A stretch of 64,000 bases of DNA, taken from the NCBI GenBank assembly GCA_023334545.1, contig JAADVB010000083.1, positions 1 through 64,000 of the forward strand, in the 5' to 3' direction. This DNA comes from Salisapilia sapeloensis CBS 127946 (lineage: Eukaryota; Protista; Oomycota). Under the pieces are notes generated by a model. The model was not told where the DNA came from. It did not search any database and saw only the letters and a list, made by a program, of their open reading frames with translations. Shown in pieces: positions 32,183 through 44,828 of this stretch. The position numbers and the translations under genes are program-made. Each line of letters starts with the position of its first letter. Positions within the stretch are counted from its first letter, which is position 1.

Positions 32183-35100
32183 ATGGAGCGGGAGGGGTCC
32201 GTTCGAAGGCTATCTCTTGCGTCGCAGCATGAAAAGCTACGATTTGGAGCACTAGCACAGGCCATTGCAGCCCAAGATCCGATATTAGAGTCATGTCGAA
32301 AAATTTTGCTTAAGAAACCTGGACAACGGACGTTGGATGATGTTCATGTTTTAAAATCTCTACTATCTTCCTCGAAGCTACTCGACTTCTTTTTGAACTT
32401 GGACTCGTTCAAGCTCGATCAACTGTATCAATCATTGGAACTCGTCAAGTTCCAAGGCATTGGTACTTTTGTCTTTAAGCAGGTGAGAAGCAGAGTTTCC
32501 ATGTCATTATTAGGTTCATAGTAAGCTTTGATGGTACCACTAGGGAGACGAAGGTGATAGTGTGTACCTCGTTTATTCTGGACAAGGTATCATAGTACGT
32601 TTATATGCAAAGCGCACTTGTATGTTCATGCTGTTCTGTATGGTAGTGGAAGTACTTCGGTACGACGAGATGGACTTGAATAACACACTAGAGCATCGAT
32701 CGATGATACATATAACCTATCTGAACGAAGGTGACTGTTTCGGAGAGCGTGCTCTCTTGTCCGACAACGATCTACGAGCAGGTACATCATTCATGAATAT
32801 GACAAAGCTCTATTCCAGTCCTTACCGTGATACGCCGTCATCGCAGCTTCCATCCGACTCTCGAAAGATAATGTGGAGCTTGTCATGCTCAACCGACTTG
32901 TATTTAAAGATTTGTTAGCAGCATCTAAGGAAGGTAATGAGGAAGGGGCGGGGATATCAAAGCACTTTCGCTCGAACAAAGACATCATCCGCAACATATT
33001 TATCCGCAGTCCGAATCGTAGATCCGAAAAGGATTTAAAGTTTGCTGTGGAATATTTGCAAAGCGTCAAATTCTTTTCTCGCTTTTCGTTCGAAGTCCGA
33101 AAGCAGCTTTGTCGTGCGATGCACTTTATCTCCACAGTTTCCAATACGGTCGTGTTTTCAGAAGGAGACTTTGGTCGCCATTTCTATATCATCTTTTCTG
33201 GCAAAGTCGAGGTCTCTGTACGCACGGTGAACCGTTTTAACTCCACTTCCAATAGTGTAGTTTCGACACTTTCGGAAGGTGATTCGTTCGGGGAGCTGGC
33301 TCTCGTAGACGAAGAAGGCGTACGTCGAGCTACTGTCACGTGCACGAGTTACTGTGAGTTCCTTGTCATTAGTCGCGATGAGTATGGCCCGCTCATTCAA
33401 AAGTATCAAAACGAAAGCCATCTACAGTACGCGCAGCTTTTGCGAAAGAACCCATACTTCACCGGGCCCGAATGGGATGACGATACAATCGAAGGTATGT
33501 GCTCTGTCATGCAAGAAAAGATGATTTCATATGCCGGAGAAATCTGTAAGCAAGGATCTAGAGCGATGGAATTGTACATTATCGTTCGAGGCGAATGTGT
33601 GATCACTCATGAAGGCAAGCATCCGATGACTGGTGTGATAAGTCATTATACACTTGGGCACTACGGCCCAAATTCTGTCCTTGGATGCGCAGAAGCCTCC
33701 GCTGGTAGCTTCAACGATATCTACACCCGTCCATACACGATTCGAGCTGAGTCACCAGTAAAGCTACTCGTCCTATCACGCTTCGATATTTTTCACTTGA
33801 TGCCAGTAGAGGCTCGTGAAAGTCTGCAGAAGTCATCTCAAGTTGATCATCAGATAGAGTCGTTTGCAAGTCGTGCCTTGAAGACGGTAGTGTGGGAAAA
33901 ATATCGGCGTGAATATGTATTGAAGGCGATTGCTAGGAGTAAACATCCAACACTTACAAAAGCTATTTCAGCACCTACTCTTGGACGAGACACGTTGCTA
34001 AAGTCAATTGTGGATCCTGGGGTGCTCGACTTGGAACGACACGAATTAATAAAGTTCAGCCGACTACCACCATCAAGAAAAGCAAACAGGACTGGCAAAG
34101 CTCTTGGTTCCAAGCCATCGTCCATGCCTGAAGAACTAGAAATCAGCGTACCGGTGAATGAAACGATTGTTGATAGCAGCATATCGAATATATCACCAGC
34201 CTCAAAGCCACCTTCGCGACATTCCATCGTTCTCGGGGGGTTAAATCGAACTCGGTCCGTTGAAAAACTACCACAACTATCACTGACAGAACCACGTGAA
34301 AGTTCGTCAAAAGGTTCGAGGCGGCACTCAATTGAACGCATAAAGTTAGAGCGTATGGAAAGCAATATTCAAAAGTCATTGACGGATACAGGGTCGCACT
34401 TGAACATTTGGAATCCGGTACATGGTGTGTGTCAACCATTCTCTGTCATTGGGTTTTTGCTAGAAAAGAGCAAAACTTCGACGCCGGCTACTGCAGTATC
34501 AAAGCGATCGACCTTGAAAAGTAGCGATGGGAGGCCAACTAGTCAATTATCTAGCTCGAGATCTACAAGGTCTCTCGCAAGTGTATCTAGCATCACACAT
34601 TTCCGAGTATTTGGCAAGCATCGAGATCTAGACACTGCTTTGAACCTTTTCAAACATGTCTGCGAAGTTGAAAATACTGCTATTCCTGATAAGGACAGGA
34701 GTCGATTTGTCATCTACAAAGAGGATGAAATGACAATGGCGCTTGAAAATTACTTTGGGCCCTATGGAATGGAGAATAACCAAGGCAAAATCCCACGCCA
34801 GTACAAATCAAGCGATCTCAAGCAGAATACTGGTCAGCGCTTTGCTTGTGTAAATGTTTCTGTCCAGTGTGCTACACCGACCGTTGTAGAGCATGTCGTC
34901 GTCCATGTGTACCAATGTTTTCCGACGCCACAAAGCGCTATACGTTTTGCGAAGCAAATGGTGTCGAGCACACTTACGACAAATCCTCTCTCTATTATCC
35001 CTCTCTTCACTTGGGTTAGCCTGGTAGAAATCCATCGGTTTGACCCACACAATGCCAATTTGGAAGAAGTTCTAGAGAATGCAGTACATAGCGCTCGACT

Positions 35101-35197
35101 GACAAATGCCGTCGCATCCGGAAGTAGCTGGAGAGCTCGAAAAGATGCATTGCGCAAGTCTCGAATTCAACAATCTTTCTTACTAACGAAAAACTAA
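32183..35197 (+). CDS. Cyclic-nucleotide-binding domain protein (about 3 CNB domains, no catalytic domain seen), multi-exon
   Basis: Phosphate-binding cassettes LNEGDCFGERALLSDNDLRAG and LSEGDSFGELALVDEEGVRRATV; a third degenerate CNB (ICKQGSRAMELYIIVRGECVI); VVFSEGDFGRHFYIIFSGKVEV. Confidence 0.85.
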
Positions 35198-35288
35198 CAT
35201 AAACAGCAACGAGAATAGGCATTCAAATGAACGTACTGTATGTCTATTCCCTTTGGTTAAAAGCTTGTAGATGAGTTGCATGCTACTC

Positions 35289-37308
35289 CTAAAGCTTAAT
35301 GCGAATGCCAGCTTGCTCAAGTGCAGAAGCGAGTATGGATAGTAGTAGCATATAGGTTGCAAGAACAGATATGGCGACAGCAGGTGGCGTCTCAATCGTT
35401 CGCATGCCCAAGTTCACACCTCCAGTTGCAACATTTGCCTAGGATAATAATTTAAATTTAAAAAGGTGACGGTGCCAATAAAACGAGTAAAGTCTTACGA
35501 TGAGGAATACGAAGAGCTGGTTGTGACTTTCACCGGCAAAGAGAGTCGGCGTTCTTGGAGACAAACTGGCATCAACTACCATCAGTACTATTGAGCAATT
35601 TCATAAATAGTGATATCGTACCACACAATTTCGATGCCAGCATAAACTGCGAGTAAGGCTGTGAACTGTGCCATGACCCATAAAATGTACGTGACATTCA
35701 CCTAGCAAGTACCACATCATCAGCATACGTTCATACAAGATTAAAGATAATATCTCCTACCATCCGACGAGAAGGCTCATTAAGCAAGTCAGTGCATACA
35801 ACCATTGCAGCCCACAATAGACCGGACACCACTGCAAGCGACAGAGCTAGCCATGGAAGATTGTGCATTGCCTGGCGCCTGTTCTGGAGCTGAGCAAAGA
35901 TTCGACGACCAATTTCGACCGCAAAGATGTACATCGCGAGGTAGCCTGTCCACATGTAGAGCTCAGTTTAAGGCTATTCGAATAAAGTTTGGCATAAAAT
36001 ACCTGCAAGACTAAACACGCCTTCCCTATTTTGGTCAAGAAGAGACTCGCGAGGTGCGTCCATGATGTATCCTTCTCCTCCGTAGTTGATCAAGTAATTT
36101 TCATACACTACATGCATCCACATGATACTTTATCACATGCAAGATACATATTACAAGACAATTGTGAATGCCGTACCGAGAGAAATGGCGACTGCAGCTA
36201 GTGGAGAGCGAAGCCACTCACCAAATAAGCCTAAAGCTGAGAAAAGCAGGTAGACACCAGCTAGAGTAAAGTAAAAGTTCCAGTGCACGCCGTACTCGGT
36301 CACGTGCTCTTGATAGTTGACTCCTTTCACGGTTGCGAAGCGAGCAAAGCCGAGCAAAAGGACGAGGACGATGGGACGAAAGAAATTGTACATGCGCTTT
36401 AGCACCGAATCTTGTCTATGAGTACATATTAATATCGCATGACTGTAACAAAGGTATCGACAGTAGATCATACGACTGCTCTTGGTGTGTCGATTGGCTT
36501 TGTCTAGCGTATGGAGACACGATTGCAGAGGACACGATAAAGCCACCCACACCAATATCCATCTACTTACCATAAAGGTAAGCGTCTGGGTTAGTAACGA
36601 TGGTAATGATAAAGCGTACCACACTAAATCCAAAGGTCTCTGTCTTTGCAAAGCGGCGAGGGAAGACGGTAAAGTCCACTGCTAGGATCGCCAGACACCT
36701 GGAAGCAAAACATGAAATAAATATGTAGACTTTAAACTGTGATAATTTTTTGCTTACGTCAAGTGGAGCAGTTGGGCACGGAAACTTGTTACGAAAGAAA
36801 CTTCCTTCTCCAAGAGTCGATTCATTTTGCGCTTTCGGAACTCTTTCAGTACATTTCCTTGTGCATGTCTCCGACCAACTTGATTTAACACTCCTGCACT
36901 GACATACACAACAGCCAGTAGCGGAATGGAGTAGTCTGTGTAGGTAAATGCGATCAAGTTTGGCAACGTGAGGAAAGCAAATTCCACGAGTACAATGACC
37001 GGGAGATTCTACTCCTTTCGTGAGTTCAAATATACATGTATACCAATCCATAAGACATACCCAAGAGTCGTCATCTAGGAAACGACCACGAGTGATTTCA
37101 AGTGTCGTTAGAACCTCTGAATACAACCATTGAGCTCCCTACATCCGTATCACATGATCCGAATGAGCTACCACATAAAAATCTAAAGATTGTCGCAATA
37201 TAAACGCACAGGCATCAAGGCAAAAGCGAGAAACACTTCAGTGGCATTTGTACCCGTCAACCCAGTCACAAAAGCCTCCTTCGCACGCTTGTAATAGTTA
37301 TCCTGCAT
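35289..37308 (-). CDS. PIGW: PIG-W / GWT1 GPI inositol acyltransferase, multi-exon
   Basis: MQDNYYKRAKEAFVTGLTGT, AILAVDFTVFPRRFAKTETFGFS, VNYQEHVTEYGVHWNFYFTLA, and final exon ANVATGGVNLGMRT..GIRIKL* (stop 35289-35291). Confidence 0.93.
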
Positions 37309-37473
37309 CCTCGATAACGATCTCACGCTTTGTGTCCGACTTTTGTTGTTATCATCTCCTACCCCTCATATATCACAAAGTGCCCTCTGACACATCTCGC
37401 ACCACTCAAGCGAGCAATATGACAGGTGCGGTCTTCCTCCTGTCGTTATATCCAAGTCGATCTAACTTTCGAC

Positions 37474-38382
37474 ATGACAGACTATCATGAGGAGCAGGCA
37501 ATGGAGGTGGAAGCTCTGGAAGCCATCTATATGGATGAATTCACAAGTACTAGTGTGTTAGTGTTGATACATGGATCATCGATGCTAATCGTGTTGATAC
37601 AGAGCTAACGGAGGACCCATTGTCGTATGAAGTGCACATTAGTCCGCATCAGGATGGAGAAAACAATCATGGTAAATTAATTTTGTCATTTATACTGCTA
37701 TGAATAGATTCTCATGGGAATGGATAGTGGCGATCAAATTGGCATGTCGGATCCCAGAGACTTACCCAGACGTGAAGCCACATGTACGCTCATCTTTCCA
37801 TCCATTTATGTAGATACATTCTGATGTCCACAGGTGGAAGTCATAGTAGAGAAGGGATTATCCGAAGCACAGAAACAGGAGACGATGGAGATTTTAGCGA
37901 AACAAATGGACGAGAATGCAGGATTCGCCATGATCTATACCTTATGTGAAGCTGCTCGAGAATACTTGCTTGAAAACAACAACCCACCAGCAGTACGACC
38001 TAGTACCTATCCTCTTACATCCTATCACTCACAACGTCATCTAGGGTGGATCGGAATATGAACAAATGTTGCAACGGATGCAGGTGAAAGACACGGAAGA
38101 AACACAGGAGGAAGTCCAGGAGGTACCAAAAATCCATCTACACTATCTACACTCAACCTTAAAGAATGGCATTAGGAGGAAGAGGAACCTCAAGTCAAAG
38201 TACCTGGCACACCACTAACAGAAGAAACGTTCCGACAGTGGAAAGCAGAGAAGAAGGCAAGATTGGACGCTTTAAAACCTCCACCGGATCCAGCTATGAT
38301 CGGCAAACTCACTGGTCGACAGCTATGGGAACGAGGGCAGGCCAAGGAAGAAGAGGAAGTGGACGAACCTACGTCGGAATAA
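37474..38382 (+). CDS. RWDD1: RWD-domain protein (RWDD1/Gir2-like, DRG/Rbg GTPase partner), multi-exon
   Basis: MTDYHEEQAMEVEALEAIYMDEF, YPDV.P, ENAGFAMIYTLCEAAREYL, and C-terminal GTPLTEETFRQWK..KLTGRQLWE (DFRP-like). Confidence 0.88.
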
Positions 38383-38409
38383 ACTTGTCTTGAGACTTGA
38401 TACGTATAT

Positions 38410-39618
38410 TTAGGTCCTTGGTGCTCTTGTCCCGTGGTCTCCGAACGAGACGTGTTGAATAAAAGATACACGCTTCCGTTTGCGTAAGGCAGCTGCACCG
38501 GCGCGGGGGATTTTACGTCTATTCGGCTGATCCTCTGATATGTCCCACTTAAGGTGATGGAACAGTGCTTCGGTTAATAGACTTTCATGGATCGTCCCTT
38601 GTCGTACGAGAGGCTGTACTTTGCCATATAAATCACTGACAGTCATGGTCGGGAAACGAATGTGTTGCATAGCTTCTTGTAAGATGTCACCCAAGGATGA
38701 AGACGAGTTCTCCACACGAGCTTCACCCCACATGACGACCGACTGCATCAATGCTACTTCTCGAATTTGTAGATCATCATGCTCAATCACCTACAATCAG
38801 AAAGTTTATATGCATAGACGTTGGAGAAAAAATAGATGACGCACCTCGAGCAATAGTTTTTCAGGTAACATGACCAATTGCGGATTCCGAAAGACTTGAT
38901 TCGCATGATAACGAACAAATCGATGGCAAATGTCACGCAAAGCGCTGAGCTCGTACATTTCGGCAGCAATGAGTAGACCAAGGACATTGTCTAGGTCCAA
39001 AACCACTTCTATGGACAAGTGAGTACGTATTGGAGACGATGGAAGAAGTGAAATACCTCCAGTGTAGATGAATAGCAGCATTTGCTTCACAACGGTCGAC
39101 GATACGCCGTGCAATTCTACTTTTCGCTGACTCGATTCACGCATGCCGCCTGTCAGCATCGCGCGAAATGGCTCGGAACTAGCTGCTAGCATGAATCTAT
39201 GGGCGTAGAAACACACTGGATCGTTGTTTAAAGAAGTCTCGACATCGGATGACTCCATGGCACACCGATAGATGGCTCCTTCCGATCTCGAGACACACAG
39301 AATGACATCGGCACCAATCAGCGATGCATCAAAGTAGTCTTCTCCATCGTGAATGCCACTTCGTAGTCGAGCTGATAAGTCTGCATGGTCAAAGTGTTCC
39401 GTCGGTCCTGCTGTAATTCGATGCGATCGCTTCGTTCCTCGCTTGCGAACACTCGTCTCGGAGGATGTCTCGGATCGATACTCGTCATCTTCCGTGGACA
39501 TAGCTGCAGCATCCGTTGGTAAAAATCGAACGGAATGAGCCAAGGCAGAGGTCAATGGACGCCTCGAAGCAGACGATTCCGAGTCGTTGTCACTGACGTT
39601 ACCACTACTCGCCTCCAT
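38410..39618 (-). CDS. BTB/POZ (BTB-BACK) domain protein, 2 exons
   Basis: ADVILCV...FYAHRFMLAASSEPFRAMLTGGMRES...VELHGV...MLLFIYTG; BACK-like VREVALMQSVVMW..HIRFPTM; basic NLS-like RKRKR near the C-terminus. Confidence 0.88.
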
Positions 39619-39748
39619 CTCAACGCCGAGCTAAGTACCGAATAACGGTCGTACGCGAGGAAGAGCGTAGGATCTTTGGATTGGTGGAAAATGTTAGTAA
39701 TTATGGCCAATGGTCGGAATGAAGTGGAGGACATTAGAACACGGCAGG

Positions 39749-40409
39749 ATGATTAAGGGGATCTTGATTGTGAATAACCATGGAAAACCACGCATCGTCA
39801 AGTTCTACGAGCATGTTGTACGTTGGATATAATTGATACGAGACGTGTGCGTTGAATGATACTAATATTAACGATATTTATTAGCCCGATGCCGAGCAGC
39901 AGGCCGTGATTCGAGACATCTATACACAAGTGTCGAAGCGTCCAGATACGTTGTGCAACTTCCTCGAGGGAACGTACGGCCTTCCTTGTTAAGTACCATT
40001 CTATTCAAGACTGATATATTTGACTAGCGTTCGATATTGGGGAGATGGCGTGAAACTTATCTATCGCCATTATGCCACGCTGTATTTCGTCTTCGCCGTG
40101 GACCAACAAGAAAGTGATTTGGGTATCCTCGATCTCATCCAAGGTATCATGTCATCCACATCTACTACGTGTATACCACTAACAATCTGCGTAGTGTTCG
40201 TGGAAACATTGGATAAGATCTTTGAAAATGTATGTGAGCTGGACCTCATCTTCCATAGTGACAAAGTCCATTACGCACTGGACGAAATCGTCATGGGTGG
40301 CATGGTCTTGGAAACCAATATCAATGAAGTCCTCACGGCTGTGAACGACATGAATCGCCTCGACACGCTCTCCACTAGACGAACGCTACCCGGTGCAGCC
40401 AAGAAATGA
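39749..40409 (+). CDS. AP3S: AP-3 adaptor complex sigma subunit, multi-exon
   Basis: MIKGILIVNNHGKPRIVKFY, IYRHYATLYFVFAVDQQESDLGILDLIQ|VFVETLDKIFENVCELDLIFH..VMGGMVLETN, close to the sigma-3 consensus. Confidence 0.95.
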
Positions 40410-40444
40410 AACTGTGATGTCGGAATCGAATGTTTGCTTTGCAA

Positions 40445-40890
40445 TTACAACAGCATCTTTTTATTATTGGATTCTTTCGGTTCCTCCGAAGATTCCACAG
40501 GTGTCTGCACTTGATCTTGGACGATTGCAGACTCTTCCTCTGCATCTTCCTCTGGTGGCAATGCATGTCCAAGTGTCAAAATGGTGTTTTCAAGTGTCTC
40601 CACTCTTCGTTCCAACTTAGCCTTCTCTTCCTTTATCTCCTTGTTCGTTTGACGATGGGCAACGAGCTGCGTAGATAGCGAAAGTGCGAGAAAGGCCATA
40701 CTGATGTTGAACACATTGTTCCGCTGCTTCTTGGCATGACCGACAAAGGACGATGGGTACTCTACTTGGCAAATATTAGTATATTCATGTTGGAGCTCTA
40801 TGTAAAAGTGATTGCACCAGCAGGAGCATCTTTCGGAGGCTGAGCCTTCGACGAAAAGCGCCGGAGATGACGAGCTGTCCGTAGCATCAT
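40445..40890 (-). CDS. Small predicted mitochondrial protein (targeting peptide, one TM, coiled coil), 2 exons
   Basis: MMLRTARHLRRFSSKAQPPKDAPA (Arg-rich presequence-like, different frame from the track ORF) splices into VEYPSSFVGHAKKQRNNVFNISMAFLALSLSTQLV-HRQTNKEIKEEKAKLERRVETLE. Confidence 0.6.
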
Positions 40891-40944
40891 TTTGGATTCG
40901 TGGACTTAAGCGTGAAAATGTGTCCATACAAAGATACCGTCAAA

Positions 40945-43900
40945 TTATTTTGTTGTGAAAGAAAAGAATAATTCGTACTCGGATGAAAACGATGGCATCA
41001 GATACTTCAGCCTAGGCTTGAAGGGTGAATCGATGTGTTATCCAAGTAAGAGGTAGATGGTATTTATATATATTTGTAACGTGTTTGATTGATTTGGCTT
41101 CTTTGTGATACTTGTGGGAAGTTTCTGGCTTTTGTATGCGGTAGTAAGTAAAATGATCGACTGGAGGAAATGAGCTGTAGCAACTTGACCCTGTAAATCT
41201 TCTGAAACAAAAGTAGCGAGTAGATTCATACCTGTGCAACCGTGCAATTTTGTGATCTATAGTAGTCCTACCTGTCGCTACGATGTGCCTTTGTGACAAC
41301 TAACTGACTGTTAATTGCTTGGTGATGGATGTCAAGTATGCTCGGAAGCGAACACGGCGTTGGAGCTGAAGTAGTGTTGGAGGTAGCTCCTGCCATTCTT
41401 TCTCCGGTAGTTTACCATGCAACAAGCCATCATGTACAACCACATTATACAGAGCTCTATGGAAAGAGTCACGCACAGGCATGGAAATGCGATTCGAATG
41501 TAGTACATCGTACAGGAAATCCCAAACAGCTCTAGAGCGGTAAACTCCATCTTGCTCCATCACGTAGGAAAGCACACTTTGGACAATGGAATGTGTCATT
41601 TGCGAAACATCCATCGACGGACCTGTTGATGATATCCAAAGCTCATCACACGCGAAAACTTGTCGAAAGAAATTACAGACAGATTCCCATAGCTCTTGCA
41701 TCTACCATCATACTGTCAGATAAATCCTTCACATAATTTATCGTATTACCAAAACATACATGATGATCTTTGGATAGGAAAAAGGTACCGAGTCGACAGC
41801 AGAGCCAAAGGTGACTCGGTTCATTAGATCCATTGCTCTGGCGGAGAGCACCCGGGCAGTCGAGAGTAACTTTCTTTACAAACGTAAAGAACTTGATCAG
41901 CTCTGCTGTATGTTGCTCAAGATGCAAATGAACGCTACAATGCGCAGTCATGTTCTGCCATCCAGCGTCCAATTGTTCGAGAGGTACGTCACCCAGTCTT
42001 CGACGTAAAGAAGTGACGGTGGCATGCAGGATATTAGAAATAGACTCTTTAACATCAGCATCGTTGGCATGGTCATTCAAAAGACTAGGAACAGATTGGA
42101 TGTAGCAGTCCAGCGTTTCCACAGTCCCTTGCTCATCATACCATCGCATGCACAGTTCAAGTAACTGCCATCGGTCATGTGATCGTGTGGCACCCATCTT
42201 CGGGAGTAAATGGACAAGGAGTTGAACGGTGTGATTTCGAAAGGAAGCATCTTCTTCATGCGTCTGGATGGCATGCAGCAAGAGCGGATGGAGTTGATCG
42301 ATAAAGGCAGACGAGACCATCGAAGCTCCTTCTGTTCCTTCCAGCGCTCTTCCGAAGAGATACAGTGCTTTTCCACATTCCTGGGCACTACCTTGCTGCA
42401 CACAGGCAGACAGGTGGGATAGAATGGGATCACATAGCTGCCAAATCTCTTTCATTTGATACTCCATCGAGAGTTTCAAGACTGTTTGGACGAAATCACC
42501 AAGCGAAGATGTTGGTACATCGTCGGGAAGTGCTGTCCAACATGCAAGTAGCTGTTGCATCAAATCATGACGCTCCACTGCTGATGTATACTTCCTAATC
42601 GTCGCTACTTAGTAAGGGGTAGAAGTGGAGATGATACAAGAGACGTACAAGATGCTTGGACTGAGTTTGAACAATGCAAAGGATGCGACCGGAAATGATT
42701 CATAGAACGTCAGTCCTCTACCCAGCGAGTAGGCAGTGTTGAGGTAAGCAACTGGTGGCAATGGCAGCAGAGCTGTCACGGAAGTAGCTAGTCTGCAAGT
42801 GTTTAATCAGTTGCATGTATTGCTGTTAAGAGATTATAGAAGGATACCTTGCAATACCATTGACGATGAGCGGATGAGTAGGTAGTCTTACAGACTCGGA
42901 GAGTACATGCTGTAGTAGTTGGATGCCTTCAGGAGGCTGGCGATGGTATGTACCGTCTTCATCGTCCGAGCTAGAAGTCGAATCGGCTAGCGCAACATCA
43001 AAGAGTTCAACACATGCATCTAACAGATACAAAATGGCATCCACGTCCGCAACTTTAGAGGAGCTAAAGAGCAAGTCTACAAGTCCAGAGACGCATGAAG
43101 TGCATCCATTTCCACATCCATCTTGTGGCCAGTGACCGAATAGACTTAGTATCGTGTCTGCCACCTCTCTTCGTAGCGTCGTGACTGCTTCGACGTCCAT
43201 ATCGTCACTATGGAGTTGATTCGTGTGGATGAATGTATCAGGGTATTTGCACTGGAGGATGAGTGTGTGGACGAGTCGAGCGAGTATATCTAGTAGCTCC
43301 TGTTGTGTAAAGGTAGCTTGGATATGCTTCCATTGCAACCCGTCATGGACACCTGTATCTAGGAAGAAGAACCAAAACTCGAGTGTAGTCTGTGCAGCTT
43401 CTACGTCTTCCGATGACGTACAAGCTAGTAGTAAGTCTATGAAACGATGAGGAAGAAACGAGTCGTCTGTGCGTTGATGTGGCGTGATGATCGCAGGAGA
43501 ATGGTACAGTCCAAGCGTAGTGGCGACATGAGATAGTCCTCGCACGACGGCAGGACTCATAGGTGTCTCGACTACGTTTAAAGCTAGCTGACTAAGTCTT
43601 AACGTCGTCGTATCAACGGCTTCGACAGTCTCATTGTCGCCAATTCCGTGCTGGGTTACAGTCATTTCGAATGCGTCTGCCAAGATACTCGATGACAACT
43701 GCAGGTATATAAGTAGTAAGAGCGCTATTTAAACAGGTAGAAGAGGATGGAGACATACCTGAACAAGTTCATCGTCGTCCAACAGCATTGCATCAATGAC
43801 TTTGTCGATTAAATTTCCTCGTTTTAAATGACGAATGTCCAGTCCAAATTGATCATGTGATGGTATACAGCCTACGATCCAACTCTCTAGACAATAGAGT

Positions 43901-44723
43901 GCATTAAAAGAGTTGCATGGGCTACTTACATAGATTAATTAGTCGTTTTAAAGAAAAGATTGAATGTCGCTCATACCTAGTCGTAAGAAGCAAGTGAACT
44001 CCTTGCAGCACCGTGTCGCATTCGACGCAAAAATTCTCAAGTGCATGGTGCATTTCCTCTTGACTCCATGCTCGCTCTTTCGCGACGAGTTCACCTGGAA
44101 TAGACGCTAGTACATCCATAAACTATTCGCATCATGGATATAAGTACACGTAAGCAACGTTAGGAGAAGTATCCACCTACAATGGTCGGACCAGTATCTC
44201 GGTTCTCGCTATCTCGAGTTGTGATGAATTGCTGTAGCATGCTTTTCCAACTCGTCCATGTCGAGTAGGACTGTACGATCACGTCACCAAGTGCAACACA
44301 GGCAATCCGAATCACTGCAGGGGAGAAAGTCGACCCACTTGACGTACTTCGCACGTGATTCAGGATCGTGAGCAATGTCTATTATCACGAAATGGTAATA
44401 AGATAACGACAAATGCACTCTGTCGACTAGAAAAACCTGCCAAATACCTTTTGAACCACCTCCTGCTCCTCCAAGCTTATACCTGTCCACGCTTGTGCAA
44501 TTTTCAACCTTAAAATCTGCATTGCGACGAAGATAGCTGCCGGTGGTGATGAATTCGGAGAGCTTATCGCTGTCTCAAGTATCTGCAAAACGGGTCTCCA
44601 AGCTTTCTGTTCATGCTGGAACTGCATCAACCATTGGTTAGCTGCTTGTTGCTCTATACTGCCGGGTGTGCCATCGAATAGCTGCTGTGCATGCCGGATT
44701 AGCGCTGCCACTTCGATCTCCAT
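40945..44723 (-). CDS. Importin-beta family HEAT-repeat protein (importin-13/transportin-SR-like), many introns
   Basis: IBN_N-like start QQAANQWLMQFQHEQKAW..L..L...AAIFVAMQILRLKI; AQTTLEFWFFF; LILQCKYP; TTLRREVADTIL. The 3' end is inferred from a plausible last exon. Confidence 0.78.
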
Positions 44724-44828
44724 GAAGGTTCGTATGACTTGAAGTGAGTATGCATTTTACGCCACAGAATTCTATCTAAATGTACATAATGCCACTCGAA
44801 CTTCAACTTGAGACAAAGAAAAGATTAT

